From Candidatus Eiseniibacteriota bacterium (GTDB lineage: Bacteria; Eisenbacteria; RBG-16-71-46): a stretch of 64,000 nucleotides of DNA. Every line of letters starts with the position of its first letter. The stretch's first letter is position 1. Of this stretch, positions 39,349 to 49,342 are shown piece by piece. The position numbers and the translations under genes are program-made. Where the stretch lies: NCBI GenBank assembly GCA_963744995.1, contig CAVUWA010000010.1, forward strand, positions 128,001 to 192,000, written 5' to 3'. Under the pieces are notes generated by a model. That model saw only the letters and a program-made list of their open reading frames with translations. It was not told the origin of the DNA and did not search any database.

Positions 39349-40983
39349 TCAGCGCCTGCGCTCCTTCCCCGCCTTGCCGAAGCCACCGCCGCCCGGACTC
39401 GCCACCGTCAACACCGCGCCGGCCGGCAGCGCGATGAGCACTTTCGCCGGCAGCAGCTCGGGCGCCCGGCCAGGGCGTTCCACGGCATTGACCCCCGGCG
39501 CGCCGCGCGCGCCGCCCTCCAGCCCGTACGGGCCGCGCGCGCGGCGCTCGGTCATCAGCGTCACGCGCGCCGGCGCGAGCAGCTCGACCGTGCGTTCGAT
39601 ACCGTCGCCGCCCGTGTGCGCACCGGCGCCGCCGCTGCCGCGGCGGATCGCCGTGCGGCGGACCCGCAGCGGATACGCGTGCTCGAGCGCCTCGATTGGC
39701 GTATTGCGGGTGTTGGTCATGTGCGCCTGCAGCGCGTGCTCGCCGTCCCACGCAGGCCCGGCGCCATGGCCGCCGCCGAGCGTCTCGTAGTAGGCGAACG
39801 GCGCGCCGGTGCGTGGATCGCTGCCGCCGATCAGCAGGTTGTTCATGGTGCCGCTGCTCGCCGCGGGCACGCGCTCGGGCGCGGCTCGGTGAAGCGCGCC
39901 CAGCACGGTATCCACGATGCGCTGGCTGCACTCCACGTTGCCCGCCGACACCGCGGCGGGCGGGCGGGCGTTCACGACGCTGCCGAGCGGCGCGCGCACC
40001 TCGATCGGCCGGAACGCCCCGTCGTTCACCGGGAATTCGCCGCCGAGCACGCAGCGCACCGCGTAGTACGAGGCCGCCTTCGCCACCGCCTCCACGGCGT
40101 TCACCGGCCCGGGCACCTGCGGGTCGGTGCCCGCGAAATCCACCACGCAGCGCCTGCCGCCGAGCGTCACGGCGACGCGGATCGCGATGTCGCGCGTGCC
40201 GAGGCCGTCGTCGTCCAACAGGTCCTCGAACCGGTACGTGCCGTGCGGCAGATCTCCGAGGGCCGCGCGCACGCAGCGCTCGGCGTGGTCCATCAGCGCG
40301 TCGGCCGCCGCTTCGAGGGCCGCGGGGCCCAGCCGCCGTGCCAGCGCCCGGAGCCGCGCTGCGCCGGTCTTCTGCGCACCGAGCTGGGCCGCGAGGTCCG
40401 CGCGCCGCTCGGCGGGCGTGCGCACGTTGGCGAGGATCAGGCGGAGCACGTCCTCCTGCATGCGCCCGGCGCGGGCGAGGAACACCGGCGGGATGCGCAG
40501 GCCCTCTTCGTAGATCTCGCGGGCGAGCGGCATCGAGCCGGGCGCCGCGCCGCCGACGTCGGCGTGGTGCGCGCGGCTCGCCACGAAGAACGCGGGCCCC
40601 GCGCCGCGGCCGGTGAACACCGGGCTCACCAGCGTGATGTCGGGCAGGTGGGTGCCGCCCCGGTACGGGTCGTTCAGGATCACCACGTCGCCCGGCGCGA
40701 ACGGGCCGAGCTCGAGCGCCGCCTCGACCGCCCGCGGCATGCTGCCGAGATGCACCGGAATGTGCGCGGCCTGCGCCACCAGCCGGGCGCGCGCGTCGAA
40801 CACCGCGCAGCTGTGGTCGAGCCGCTCCTTGATGTTCGGCGAGTGCGCGGTGCGCATGAGCGTCGCGCCCATGTCCTCGGCGACCGCAGCGAAGAAGCCC
40901 TGGTGGAGCGCGAGCCCGACCGGGTCGTGGGCGACGCCGCGGCGGCGCGGGGTTCCGGGCTTCTGCGTCACGCGTTTCGCCAT
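39349..40983 (-). CDS. Hydantoinase B / 5-oxoprolinase subunit
   Basis: 'SPNIKERLDHSCA', 'HIPVHLGSM', 'NDPYRGGTHLPD', 'HMTNTRNTPIE'. Confidence 0.92.
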   Translation of the reverse strand: MAKRVTQKPGTPRRRGVAHDPVGLALHQGFFAAVAEDMGATLMRTAHSPNIKERLDHSCAVFDARARLVAQAAHIPVHLGSMPRAVEAALELGPFAPGDVVILNDPYRGGTHLPDITLVSPVFTGRGAGPAFFVASRAHHADVGGAAPGSMPLAREIYEEGLRIPPVFLARAGRMQEDVLRLILANVRTPAERRADLAAQLGAQKTGAARLRALARRLGPAALEAAADALMDHAERCVRAALGDLPHGTYRFEDLLDDDGLGTRDIAIRVAVTLGGRRCVVDFAGTDPQVPGPVNAVEAVAKAASYYAVRCVLGGEFPVNDGAFRPIEVRAPLGSVVNARPPAAVSAGNVECSQRIVDTVLGALHRAAPERVPAASSGTMNNLLIGGSDPRTGAPFAYYETLGGGHGAGPAWDGEHALQAHMTNTRNTPIEALEHAYPLRVRRTAIRRGSGGAGAHTGGDGIERTVELLAPARVTLMTERRARGPYGLEGGARGAPGVNAVERPGRAPELLPAKVLIALPAGAVLTVASPGGGGFGKAGKERRR

Positions 40984-42998
40984 CACTTCGCTCCGCGCGT
41001 GAGCACCAGCGTTCCCGAGCGATGCATCACGCCCTTCCAGCGCGCCGGCACCCACGCCGTGGCGCCGTCCTCGACCACGATCGCCGGGCCCTGGACGCGG
41101 CGGCCGGGCGCGAGATCGTGCATCGCCCACGATCGGGCGCGGGTGGCGCGCCCGCCGGACCAGACTTCCGCCGTTTCCGCAGCGGCCACCGCCCGCCGCC
41201 GCGCGGGCGGCGCCGGCAGCGCGCGGCCCGGCAGCGCGCCGCGCACTTCGACCGTCACCACTTCGACCGGCGTTCCGGGGCTGTCGAAGCCGAACCGCTG
41301 CGCGTGCGCACGGTGGAAGCGCCGGGCGAGCCCGGCGCCGCCCGCAAGCGACATTTCGTGCGACTGGCCGCGGTAGCGCACCTCGGCGAAGCGCTCGATC
41401 TTCACGCGGGCGCGCCCGGACGCGGGAAACTCGGCACGCACCTCCTGTTCGAGCGCGCGCCACGCGGCTTCCAGCTCGCTCTCGCGCGACGCGTCGAGCA
41501 GTACCGAGCGGCTCTTCTCGCGGCGCGAGCCGCCGGTCAGCGCGCCGAGCGCGCTCAGCACCCCGGCGTGGCGCGGGAACAGCACCGCGCGCGCGCCGAG
41601 CGCCTCGGCCAGCGCGCACGCGTGCAGCCCGCCGGCACCGCCGAACGCCACCAGCGCAGCCTCGCGCGGGTCGTGACCGCGCTCGATCGACACGCGCCGC
41701 AGCGCGGCCTCCATGTGCGCGTCGGCGATCGCGACCACGCCGGCCGCCGCCTCGCGGGCCCCGCTGCGCCCCAGCCGGCGCGCGAGCACGCGCATCGCGC
41801 GGTGGGCGGCCGCGCGATCGAGCGCCAGCGTGCCCCCGGCCAGCGTGTCGCCCGGAATGCGGCCGAGCACGACCATCGCGTCGGTGACCGTGGCAGGTCC
41901 GCCGCTGCCGTAGCATGCGGGGCCGGGATCGGCGCCGGCGCTCTCCGGCCCCACGTGCAGCAGGCCGCCCGCGTCGAGTGCCGCGGTCGAGCCGCCGCCC
42001 GCGCCCACGGTGTGCACGTCGAGCATCGGCAGCTGGATCGGGAAGCCCGCGACCTCGCGGCCGCGGCGTCGCACGGGTTCGCCGTCCACGAACGCGCAGT
42101 CGGTCGAGGTGCCGCCGACATCGAGCGTGAGCGCCTGGTCGAAGCCGCAGGCGGCGGCCACGGCCGCGGCGGCCCGTACGCCCGCGGCGGGACCCGAGAG
42201 CAGCTGGCGCACCGGTTCCAGGGCCGCCCGCGCGGGCGGCGCGGTGCCGCCGTGCGAGAGCACGATCTCGACGCGCGCCGACGGACCGGACGCGATGCGG
42301 CCGATGTAGCGCGACACCCGCGGCAGCAGGTAGGCGTTCACCACGGTCGTCGCCAGGCGCTCGTATTCCCGGAATTCCGGGCTCACCTCGCTCGACACGC
42401 TCGCGGTGAGCCCGGCCGCGCGCAGCGCGCGCGCCACGCGCCGCTCGTTCGCTGGATGTGCGTAGGCGTGCAGGAACACGATCGCCACCGCCTGCGCGCG
42501 GGTCCTGCGCACCTGCGCGACCACGCGCGCGACCTCGGCAGCGGTGAGCGGCACCAGAGGCTCGCCGCCCGGACCGCGGCGCTCGGCGGCGCCGATGCGG
42601 CGCGCGGCCGGCACCAGCGGCGGCACGCGGCGGGTCCTGAGCGCGTAGATGGCGGGCCGGTCCTGGCGGCCGATCTCGATCAGGTCCTCGAAGCCCGCCG
42701 TGGTGACCAGCGCGACGTCGGCCCCCTTGCGCTCGAGCAGCGCGTTGGTCGCCACGGTGGAGCCGTGGGCGACCGGCGTCGCGCGTCCGACCCCGAGCGC
42801 CTGCAGTCCGCCGAGCACGGCGCGTTCGGGAGCGCGGGGCGTCGAGCGGCGCTTCATCGCCACCGTGCGGCCGTCGACGAGCGCGACGAAGTCGGTGAAC
42901 GTGCCGCCGGTATCGACGCCGACCGCGGCGGGCGCGGGCGCCGCACCCCGCTTGCGCGGCGAGCGCCTGCGCTCCGCACCCACCGGCTTTCCCTTCAC
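40983..42998 (-). CDS. Hydantoinase A / 5-oxoprolinase ATP-binding subunit
   Basis: 'GVDTGGTFTD', 'HGSTVATNALLE', 'SGPAAG', 'DVGGTSTD', 'GAGGGS', 'SAGADPGPACYG'. Confidence 0.92.
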   Translation of the reverse strand: MKGKPVGAERRRSPRKRGAAPAPAAVGVDTGGTFTDFVALVDGRTVAMKRRSTPRAPERAVLGGLQALGVGRATPVAHGSTVATNALLERKGADVALVTTAGFEDLIEIGRQDRPAIYALRTRRVPPLVPAARRIGAAERRGPGGEPLVPLTAAEVARVVAQVRRTRAQAVAIVFLHAYAHPANERRVARALRAAGLTASVSSEVSPEFREYERLATTVVNAYLLPRVSRYIGRIASGPSARVEIVLSHGGTAPPARAALEPVRQLLSGPAAGVRAAAAVAAACGFDQALTLDVGGTSTDCAFVDGEPVRRRGREVAGFPIQLPMLDVHTVGAGGGSTAALDAGGLLHVGPESAGADPGPACYGSGGPATVTDAMVVLGRIPGDTLAGGTLALDRAAAHRAMRVLARRLGRSGAREAAAGVVAIADAHMEAALRRVSIERGHDPREAALVAFGGAGGLHACALAEALGARAVLFPRHAGVLSALGALTGGSRREKSRSVLLDASRESELEAAWRALEQEVRAEFPASGRARVKIERFAEVRYRGQSHEMSLAGGAGLARRFHRAHAQRFGFDSPGTPVEVVTVEVRGALPGRALPAPPARRRAVAAAETAEVWSGGRATRARSWAMHDLAPGRRVQGPAIVVEDGATAWVPARWKGVMHRSGTLVLTRGAK

Positions 42999-43519
42999 GG
43001 CGCCTCCTTCTTCCTGCGCAGCCGGTCGACCACCACGCCCACGGCGAGCAGTCCGATGGCGGCGAGGATCAGCCACGTCGGGATCTTCACCGCGTGCCCG
43101 ATCCAGGCGAGCGCGTAATAGTACGGCAGGGCGCCGAGGAAGATCGCCAGCGCGTAACGCGGAATCGGGTAGCCGATGGCGGCCGCCACCAGCTTGAGCG
43201 GCGCGTCGGGCAGCGGCGTGGCGCGGGCGACGACCAGCGCGACGAACGACGCCGAAGGGTAGCGCGCGAGCATGGACTCCAGCCTTTCGCGCGAGGGCAC
43301 GAAGCGGCGCATCCACGGCTGGTCGGCGGCGAGCAGCCAGCCGAGCACCCAGAGCTGAACGGCGCTGCCGAGCGCGCTGGCCGCGCCGCCTGCCAGCGCC
43401 ACCAGCCACGGCGCGTGGAACTGGCCGTAGTGGAGCAGCAGCGGCGTGGTCGCGAACGCGAACGTCGCACCGTCCACGAACAGCAGCACGCAGAGGACGA
43501 GCAGCGAGTCGGCGTTCAA
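42995..43519 (-). CDS. VTT/SNARE-associated (DedA-like) membrane protein
   Basis: Hydrophobic, 'RATPLPD..KLVAAAIGYP...Y' motif. Confidence 0.7.
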   Translation of the reverse strand: MNADSLLVLCVLLFVDGATFAFATTPLLLHYGQFHAPWLVALAGGAASALGSAVQLWVLGWLLAADQPWMRRFVPSRERLESMLARYPSASFVALVVARATPLPDAPLKLVAAAIGYPIPRYALAIFLGALPYYYALAWIGHAVKIPTWLILAAIGLLAVGVVVDRLRRKKEAP

Positions 43520-43601
43520 ACGACACGGGCCCCGGCATGCGCCGAAGCGGACCCCGCCCTGGCGGAGCCCGCTTCCGTGCGTCGATGCGTGCGGCCGTTC
43601 C

Positions 43602-45011
43602 TCAGACCGGCGTCGCGGGGCCCTCGCCCCCGCCCGGCGCGTCCGGCGGCGCGGAAGACTGGCCGAATCCCGGCGACTGCCTCGGCGGCGCGTAGCGCGC
43701 CGGGTCCGACGGCGTCCCGGCCGATGGCGGCGGCGGTGGCGGCGTCACCGGGGCCGTGACGTCCGCTGGCGGTCCGCCCGAAGGCGGCGTTCCACCGGAG
43801 GGCGGCGCGCCCGGCCCGCCCGTGGGGGGCGGCGGCGGCGGCGGATTGCGGCGCATGCGGCCGCTCGAACCGCGCCACCAGCGGCCCAGCGTGCCCGTCG
43901 TGAATTCGGTGTGCATCCACGCGCCGGCCCCCATGCTGGTGAGAATGATGAAGCTCAGGATGACGACCGCCTTGGCCAGCGCGGACAGCACGCCCAGGAG
44001 CGGAAGGAAGTCGAGCCACCTGAACACGCTGCCGAGGATGGCCACGATGCCGATCACGATGACCCCGGCCACCGCCGAGCGGACGAGTCCGGGCGCCGTT
44101 TCGCCGCGGCGCTCGAGCAGTCGCTCACCCAGGGCGGCCGCACCGATGGCATAGCCCCACAGGATCAGCAGCGCGAAGAACACAAAGTAGCCAAGCAGCG
44201 CGATCAAGGCGAGTGGAATCCCGATGATCGTGATGCACAGGATCGCGACCACCAGCGCGAGCGCGATCAGCGACGGCACGAACAGCAGCCAGATCAGGAA
44301 GCCGAGCCCCAGCGAGGCCGCCGGGCGCGCCTTGAGCGAGGCCAGCGCGGCGCCGGTGCTGCCGGGCGCGATCGCGCACAGGGCCCACACCAGGCCCAGC
44401 AGAATCAGGTGGAACACCAGCTTGCCGGAGGCGCCGTGGTCGTCCCAGTCCGGTTCGATGTGAATGCTGCGCGAGAGCCGGCCGCGGCGGCCGTCCGGGT
44501 CCAGCGCGGTGACGCGCTGGCCGCCCACGGTGGCGCCGGGTTCTTCGTGCAGCCGGCCGCCCATGCACACGACGTCGCCGTCCACGCGCGCGGTCGAGGA
44601 GAGGCGCACGTCGCCGCCCATCGACACGACGTTGCCCTGCACGTGACCGTCCACGTTGACGTCGCCGCGGATCGCGAGGACGTCGCCCTGGACCTCCTGG
44701 TCCTCCTCGATCGTGATGTCGGAGCCGACGCGCATGATGTCGCCCGACTTGATGCGTATCGACGGCCCGCCGATCACGATGCGCGGCGAGTGGGAGTCCT
44801 CGTCGTCGCCGGTGCTCTCCGGCGGCACCGCCTTGAAGTCGAGGCTCTGCGCATAGGCCGCGGGGACGGTCCCGTGCATGCCGACGCGGGCGAGCGTCGC
44901 CAGCGCGCGGTAGGCGACCGGAGCGTCAGGGCCGACCGCCAGGGCCAGTGCGGCCGCTGCGAGCAACAGTAGAGCTGCCATGGACAGGATGCGCCTCGGG
45001 AGCCGTTTCAT
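43602..45011 (-). CDS. Membrane protein with bactofilin-like beta-helix repeats and Pro-rich tail
   Basis: Repeats 'V.GDV..I.GDV.V.G.V.GNV..MGG.V', 4-5 TM helices, poly-Pro C-terminus. Confidence 0.72.
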   Translation of the reverse strand: MKRLPRRILSMAALLLLAAAALALAVGPDAPVAYRALATLARVGMHGTVPAAYAQSLDFKAVPPESTGDDEDSHSPRIVIGGPSIRIKSGDIMRVGSDITIEEDQEVQGDVLAIRGDVNVDGHVQGNVVSMGGDVRLSSTARVDGDVVCMGGRLHEEPGATVGGQRVTALDPDGRRGRLSRSIHIEPDWDDHGASGKLVFHLILLGLVWALCAIAPGSTGAALASLKARPAASLGLGFLIWLLFVPSLIALALVVAILCITIIGIPLALIALLGYFVFFALLILWGYAIGAAALGERLLERRGETAPGLVRSAVAGVIVIGIVAILGSVFRWLDFLPLLGVLSALAKAVVILSFIILTSMGAGAWMHTEFTTGTLGRWWRGSSGRMRRNPPPPPPPTGGPGAPPSGGTPPSGGPPADVTAPVTPPPPPPSAGTPSDPARYAPPRQSPGFGQSSAPPDAPGGGEGPATPV

Positions 45012-45015
45012 GGCC

Positions 45016-46089
45016 TCACTCTCCTCCGCTCGACAGTTCGATGTCGCCTGCGGACGTCTGCAGGACGACCGGGGCCTTGCCCCCCTGGACCACGCCGACG
45101 ATTTCGCGGCGCGACACGGACTCCAGCTTCAGTGGCAACAGGACTTCGAGATCGCCGCTCGCGCTGCGCAGCTCGAGACGGCAGGCGAGATCGGGAGCGA
45201 GCCGGCCGGAGATCCGGCCGCTCACGGTACTGACCGTCGCGCGTGACAGCGGCCGCGCCAGCGCGATGTCCACGTCGCCGTTCGCGGCCGACACGTCGGC
45301 GTAGCCGGCCACGTCGCGCGCGTCGATCGAACCGCTGCTCGTGCTGGCGGTGAGCCCGCGCGGTGCGCGCCCCACCAGGATGTCGCCGCTCACCGAGCGC
45401 ACCATCAGCGAATCGCCGGCGTCCTTCACCGTGATCATGCCGCTCGTGGTGCGCGCGGTCAGCGGACCGGACACCTTCTCGAGCCGCACCGAGCCGCTCG
45501 CGGTCCTGATCTGCAGGCCGTTCACATCGCGGGCCTCGACGTCACCGCTCGACGTCGTGACCGTCGCCGGGCCGTGGGACTGGATCACGGTGACGTCACC
45601 GCTCGCGGTCGCCAGTGCGAGCGCGCCCTTCATGCCGGTGATCATGAGATCACCCGATGCCGAGCGCAGGCTCACCATGAGCTCGGGCGGCACCTCGATC
45701 GCGAGCCGCACCTCGACGTGCGGTGTCTGCAGCTCGCCGCGCAGCAGATCCCGCCATCCGATTCGGATCGTGGCGTGCTGGGGGTAGCGCACGCGGATGA
45801 CGAAGGCGCCGTTCTCGCGAGCCGTCTCGACCACCGTTCCGGCCGCCAGCTCGCGGGCGCGCGCATCGGTCGCGGCGCGGGCGGACATTTCCGCCGTCAC
45901 TTCGAGCTTGCCGCCTGCCCCGGGGCGCACGTCCACCTCGCCGCGCGGATTGTCGACCTCGAGGGCGGCGAGGCCGGCCAGCTCGAAGGTCTGCTCGCTC
46001 CTCTCGCGATGCAGCGCCGCGTCCGCCGTGGCGGGAGCGGTGAGCGCGAGCGCGATCAGAACGCCGGTGAGTGGAATGCGGTGGTTCAC
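45016..46089 (-). CDS. Exported DUF4097 beta-strand repeat protein
   Basis: Repeated 'TxSGxV/I' units; signal peptide; AGGAGG RBS before GTG. Confidence 0.82.
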   Translation of the reverse strand: MNHRIPLTGVLIALALTAPATADAALHRERSEQTFELAGLAALEVDNPRGEVDVRPGAGGKLEVTAEMSARAATDARARELAAGTVVETARENGAFVIRVRYPQHATIRIGWRDLLRGELQTPHVEVRLAIEVPPELMVSLRSASGDLMITGMKGALALATASGDVTVIQSHGPATVTTSSGDVEARDVNGLQIRTASGSVRLEKVSGPLTARTTSGMITVKDAGDSLMVRSVSGDILVGRAPRGLTASTSSGSIDARDVAGYADVSAANGDVDIALARPLSRATVSTVSGRISGRLAPDLACRLELRSASGDLEVLLPLKLESVSRREIVGVVQGGKAPVVLQTSAGDIELSSGGE

Positions 46090-46393
46090 GTCTGCCTCCT
46101 CCTTGCTGCTGACCATACGCGGCGGAGGCGCCATGGGTTGCGCGCGTGGCCGCCGCGAGGGGCCGGTCCCGACGCTGCACTAAGGATTCAGCCGTTGCAG
46201 GTTGCACGGGCGAGGAGGGGTCCCGCCGGGCTGATGAGGTTCGGGATGCGGCGCCGGAGACCGCCGAAGGTAGGCGGCACGGCACGCGAAAGTCAACGGC
46301 TGCAACGGACTGGAAGAGCGTGGCAGAGGCGGCGGGCGGGCCTAAGGCGGTAGCGGCACGAGCGCCCCCCCGCGCAGGGCCCCGCGCGGCCGT

Positions 46394-47569
46394 CTAGGTC
46401 CCGGCCAGCGCCTGCTCGAGGTCGTCCTTCAGGTCCTCGACGTCCTCGATTCCGACCGAAAGTCGCAGCAGGCCGTCGGCGAAGCCGATCGCGAGGCGCG
46501 CCTCGCGCGGCACCGCGGCGTGCGTCATGGAGGCCGGATGGCAGACCAGGCTCTCGACCCCGCCCAGGCTCTCGGCGCGCGTGAACAGCCGGAATCGGTC
46601 GAACACCTCGCGCCCGGCATCGAGCGAGCCGTCGCCCGGAATGAAGGAAATCATCCCGCCGAAGCCGCTCGCCTGCCGCTTCGCGAGCGCGTGCTGCGGG
46701 TGGCTCTCGAGTCCCGGGTAGAACACCTTCTGAACGCGCGGGTGGGCTTCGAGGAACCCGGCCAGCACGCGCGCGTTCTCGTCGTGGCGCTGCATGCGGA
46801 CCGCGAGCGTCTTGGTGCCCCGCAGCGCGAGCCAGCAGTCCATCGGCCCGGGCACGCCGCCGGCGGCGTTCTGCAGGAAGCCGAGCTGCTCGGCGATCGC
46901 CTTGTCACTGGTCACCAGCACGCCGCCCACCATGTCGCTGTGGCCGTTCAGGTATTTGGTGACCGAATGCAGCACGACGTCGGCGCCGAGTGTCAGCGGT
47001 CGCTGGAAGTACGGACTCATGAAGGTGTTGTCCACCACCGTGCGGATCCCGCGCCGGCGGGCCCGTTCCGACACCGCGGCGATGTCGGTGAGCTGCATCA
47101 TCGGGTTGGTCGGCGTCTCGACGAACAGCATCTTCGTAGTGGGCCGGAACGCCTTCTCGACTTCGCCCGGGTCGGCGGTCGCGATGAAGCTGAACTCGAT
47201 CCCGAGCCGGGCGAGCACGCGGGCGAACAGCCGGTAGGTGCCGCCGTACATGTTGTCGCCCGCGACGACGTGGTCGCCCGCCGACAGCGTCTGCAGCAGC
47301 GTGTTCGTGGCCGCGAGCCCCGAGGCGAAGCAGAAACCGAAGGCGCCTTCCTCGAGCGCCGCGACGTTGGCTTCGAGCGCGGCACGCGTGGCGTTGTGGG
47401 TCCGGGCGTATTCATAGCCCTTGTGTCTGCCGAGCGCCTCCTGCGCGTAGGTGGAGGTCTGGTAGATCGGCACGGCCACCGCCCCGGTGCGCGGGTCCGG
47501 CTCGTTGCCGGCGTGGATCGCCCGCGTGCTGAAGCCGGCCTTGCGCCCCGTCGTCGTCGTTCCGCTCAT
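46394..47569 (-). CDS. Cystathionine gamma-lyase / gamma-synthase
   Basis: 'PIYQTSTY', 'YEYAR', 'ETPTNP', 'SVTKYLNGHSD', 'ESLGGVESL'. Confidence 0.92.
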   Translation of the reverse strand: MSGTTTTGRKAGFSTRAIHAGNEPDPRTGAVAVPIYQTSTYAQEALGRHKGYEYARTHNATRAALEANVAALEEGAFGFCFASGLAATNTLLQTLSAGDHVVAGDNMYGGTYRLFARVLARLGIEFSFIATADPGEVEKAFRPTTKMLFVETPTNPMMQLTDIAAVSERARRRGIRTVVDNTFMSPYFQRPLTLGADVVLHSVTKYLNGHSDMVGGVLVTSDKAIAEQLGFLQNAAGGVPGPMDCWLALRGTKTLAVRMQRHDENARVLAGFLEAHPRVQKVFYPGLESHPQHALAKRQASGFGGMISFIPGDGSLDAGREVFDRFRLFTRAESLGGVESLVCHPASMTHAAVPREARLAIGFADGLLRLSVGIEDVEDLKDDLEQALAGT

Positions 47570-48957
47570 CACTCCCCTCCCGCGATGAACTGCAGCATGT
47601 CGAACCGGGTCAGGATGCCGGCGAACGAGCCGTTCTGGCGGATCAGCACCGCCGAGTTCCGCGCCGCCAGCAGCCGCGTCACGTCGTCCAGCGGGGCGTC
47701 GCTCGCCACCACCGGCAGCGGCGCCGCCATCAGTTCGTCGACCGGCCGGTCGAGCGCGGCCGAATCGGCGAGCGCGCTCTTCAGGATGTCGCTGTCGTAG
47801 AGCGTGCCCACGACCTCGTTGCCGCGGAACACCGGCACCTGGCTCACGTCGTGCTGCTCGACCAGCAGCAGCGCGTCGCGCAGCGGGGCGCCGGACTGCA
47901 CCGACAGCAGCGCCGGCCTCCCGGGACGCGTGCCGATCAGGTCGCGGACGTGGGTGACGGTCGGATCGAGCAGGTGGTTGTCGCGCATCCACTCGTCGTT
48001 GTGGACCTTGCTCAGGTAGCGCTCGCCGGTATCGGGCAGCAGCACGACGACCAGATCGTCCTTCTTCGCCTTCTTCGCGACCTCGCACGCGACCCATGCG
48101 GCCATGCCGGACGAGCCGCCGACGAAAATCGCGTCCTCGCGCGCCATGCGGCGCGTGAAGTTCAGGCCATCGCGGTCGGTGCACGACATGGCCTCGTCGA
48201 TCACCGAAAAGTCGAGCGCGCCGGGGATGAAGTCCTCGCCCACGCCCTCGATCTTGTAAGTCCGTGCTTCGCTCATCTCGCCCGTGTCCTTGTAGTGCTT
48301 GAGGATCGAACCCACGGGGTCGGCGCCGATCACGCGGATCTTCGGATTCTTCTCCTTGAGGAACCTCGCGGTGCCGCTGATCGTGCCACCGGTGCCCATG
48401 CCCGCCACGAAGTGGGTGATCTTCCCGCCGGTCTGCTCCCAGAGTTCGGGGCCGGTCGAGACGTAGTGCGCGTACGGATTCGCAGGGTTGTGGTACTGGT
48501 TCGTGAGGTACGCGCCGGGGCGCTCCTTCGCGATGCGTTTCGCCACCGAATAGTAGGAGTCCGGATGGTCGGGCTCGACCGCGGTCGGGCTCAGCAGCAC
48601 CTCGGCGCCGAACGACTTCAGCAGGTAGACCTTCTCGTTGGACACCTTGTCCGGCATGCAGAACACCGCCTTGTAGCCGCGCACCGAGGCCACCATGGCG
48701 AGGCCGAGGCCGGTGTTGCCCGAAGTGCACTCGACGATCGTGCCGCCGGGCTTCAGATGGCCTTCCTTCTCCGCGGCGACCACCATCGCGAGGGCGATGC
48801 GGTCCTTGACGCTTCCGCCCGGATTGAAGAACTCGACCTTCGCGAGCACCGGACAGGGCAGGCCCCGGGCCACCCGGTTCAGGCGCACCAGCGGCGTGCC
48901 GCCGACCAGATCGATCACCGATTCGTGATAGCGGACTCCTTCGAGAACGTCGCTCAC
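47569..48957 (-). CDS. cbs: Cystathionine beta-synthase with C-terminal CBS domains
   Basis: 'NPGGSVKDR', 'TSGNTG', 'GMGTGGT', 'IEGVG', 'PDTGERYLSK', CBS pair; AAGGAG RBS. Confidence 0.92.
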   Translation of the reverse strand: MSDVLEGVRYHESVIDLVGGTPLVRLNRVARGLPCPVLAKVEFFNPGGSVKDRIALAMVVAAEKEGHLKPGGTIVECTSGNTGLGLAMVASVRGYKAVFCMPDKVSNEKVYLLKSFGAEVLLSPTAVEPDHPDSYYSVAKRIAKERPGAYLTNQYHNPANPYAHYVSTGPELWEQTGGKITHFVAGMGTGGTISGTARFLKEKNPKIRVIGADPVGSILKHYKDTGEMSEARTYKIEGVGEDFIPGALDFSVIDEAMSCTDRDGLNFTRRMAREDAIFVGGSSGMAAWVACEVAKKAKKDDLVVVLLPDTGERYLSKVHNDEWMRDNHLLDPTVTHVRDLIGTRPGRPALLSVQSGAPLRDALLLVEQHDVSQVPVFRGNEVVGTLYDSDILKSALADSAALDRPVDELMAAPLPVVASDAPLDDVTRLLAARNSAVLIRQNGSFAGILTRFDMLQFIAGGE

Positions 48958-49073
48958 GGGATCGGACTCCTTGTGGGGTTTGGGCAGGCTGGGTGGGCGG
49001 CCGGCGCGCCCCTTCGCACGGCCCCGGGCGGAGTTCCGGGCGGGAAGCGGCCGCATGCTCTGGGCCGGGAGCG

Positions 49074-49103
49074 AGGGTAGGCGGCGCGCGCGAGGCGAGT
49101 CAA
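49074..49103 (-). promoter_or_regulatory. Putative sigma70 promoter of cbs-cgl
   Basis: TTGACT-N18-TACCCT on the minus strand; the -35 lies inside the terminal tandem-repeat copy. Confidence 0.55.
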
Positions 49104-49245
49104 GGACGCGGGCGCCGTGCGCGAGGCGAGTCAGGGCCGCGGGCGCCGCGCGCGAGGCGAGTCAGGGCCGCGGGCGCCGCGCGCGAGGCGAGTCAGGGCC
49201 GCGGGCGCCGCGCGCGAGGCGAGTCAGGGCCGCGGGCGCCGCGCG
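49086..49245. repeat. Tandem repeat, 5 x 31 bp (GCGCGCGAGGCGAGTCAGGGCCGCGGGCGCC)
   Basis: Copies at 49086, 49117, 49148, 49179, 49210; the last three identical, no spacers. Confidence 0.95.
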
Positions 49246-49290
49246 ACCGGGTCACCGCCCGAACGACGCGGCGCTCCCGACGCGCATGTG

Positions 49291-49320
49291 AAAAGGCGCC
49301 CCCTCGCGGGAGGCGCCTTT
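49291..49320 (-). terminator. Rho-independent terminator after the selenoprotein gene
   Basis: AAAGGCGCC...GGCGCCTTTT hairpin with U-tract on the minus strand. Confidence 0.8.
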
Positions 49321-49342
49321 GCACCAGCGATGCCGGGCCGGG

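Noticed and set aside
48958..49070. SAM riboswitch upstream of cbs
   Set aside because: No S-box core sequence or terminator architecture visible
49086..49245. Possible CRISPR array
   Set aside because: Repeats are head-to-tail with no unique spacers, and no cas genes are present
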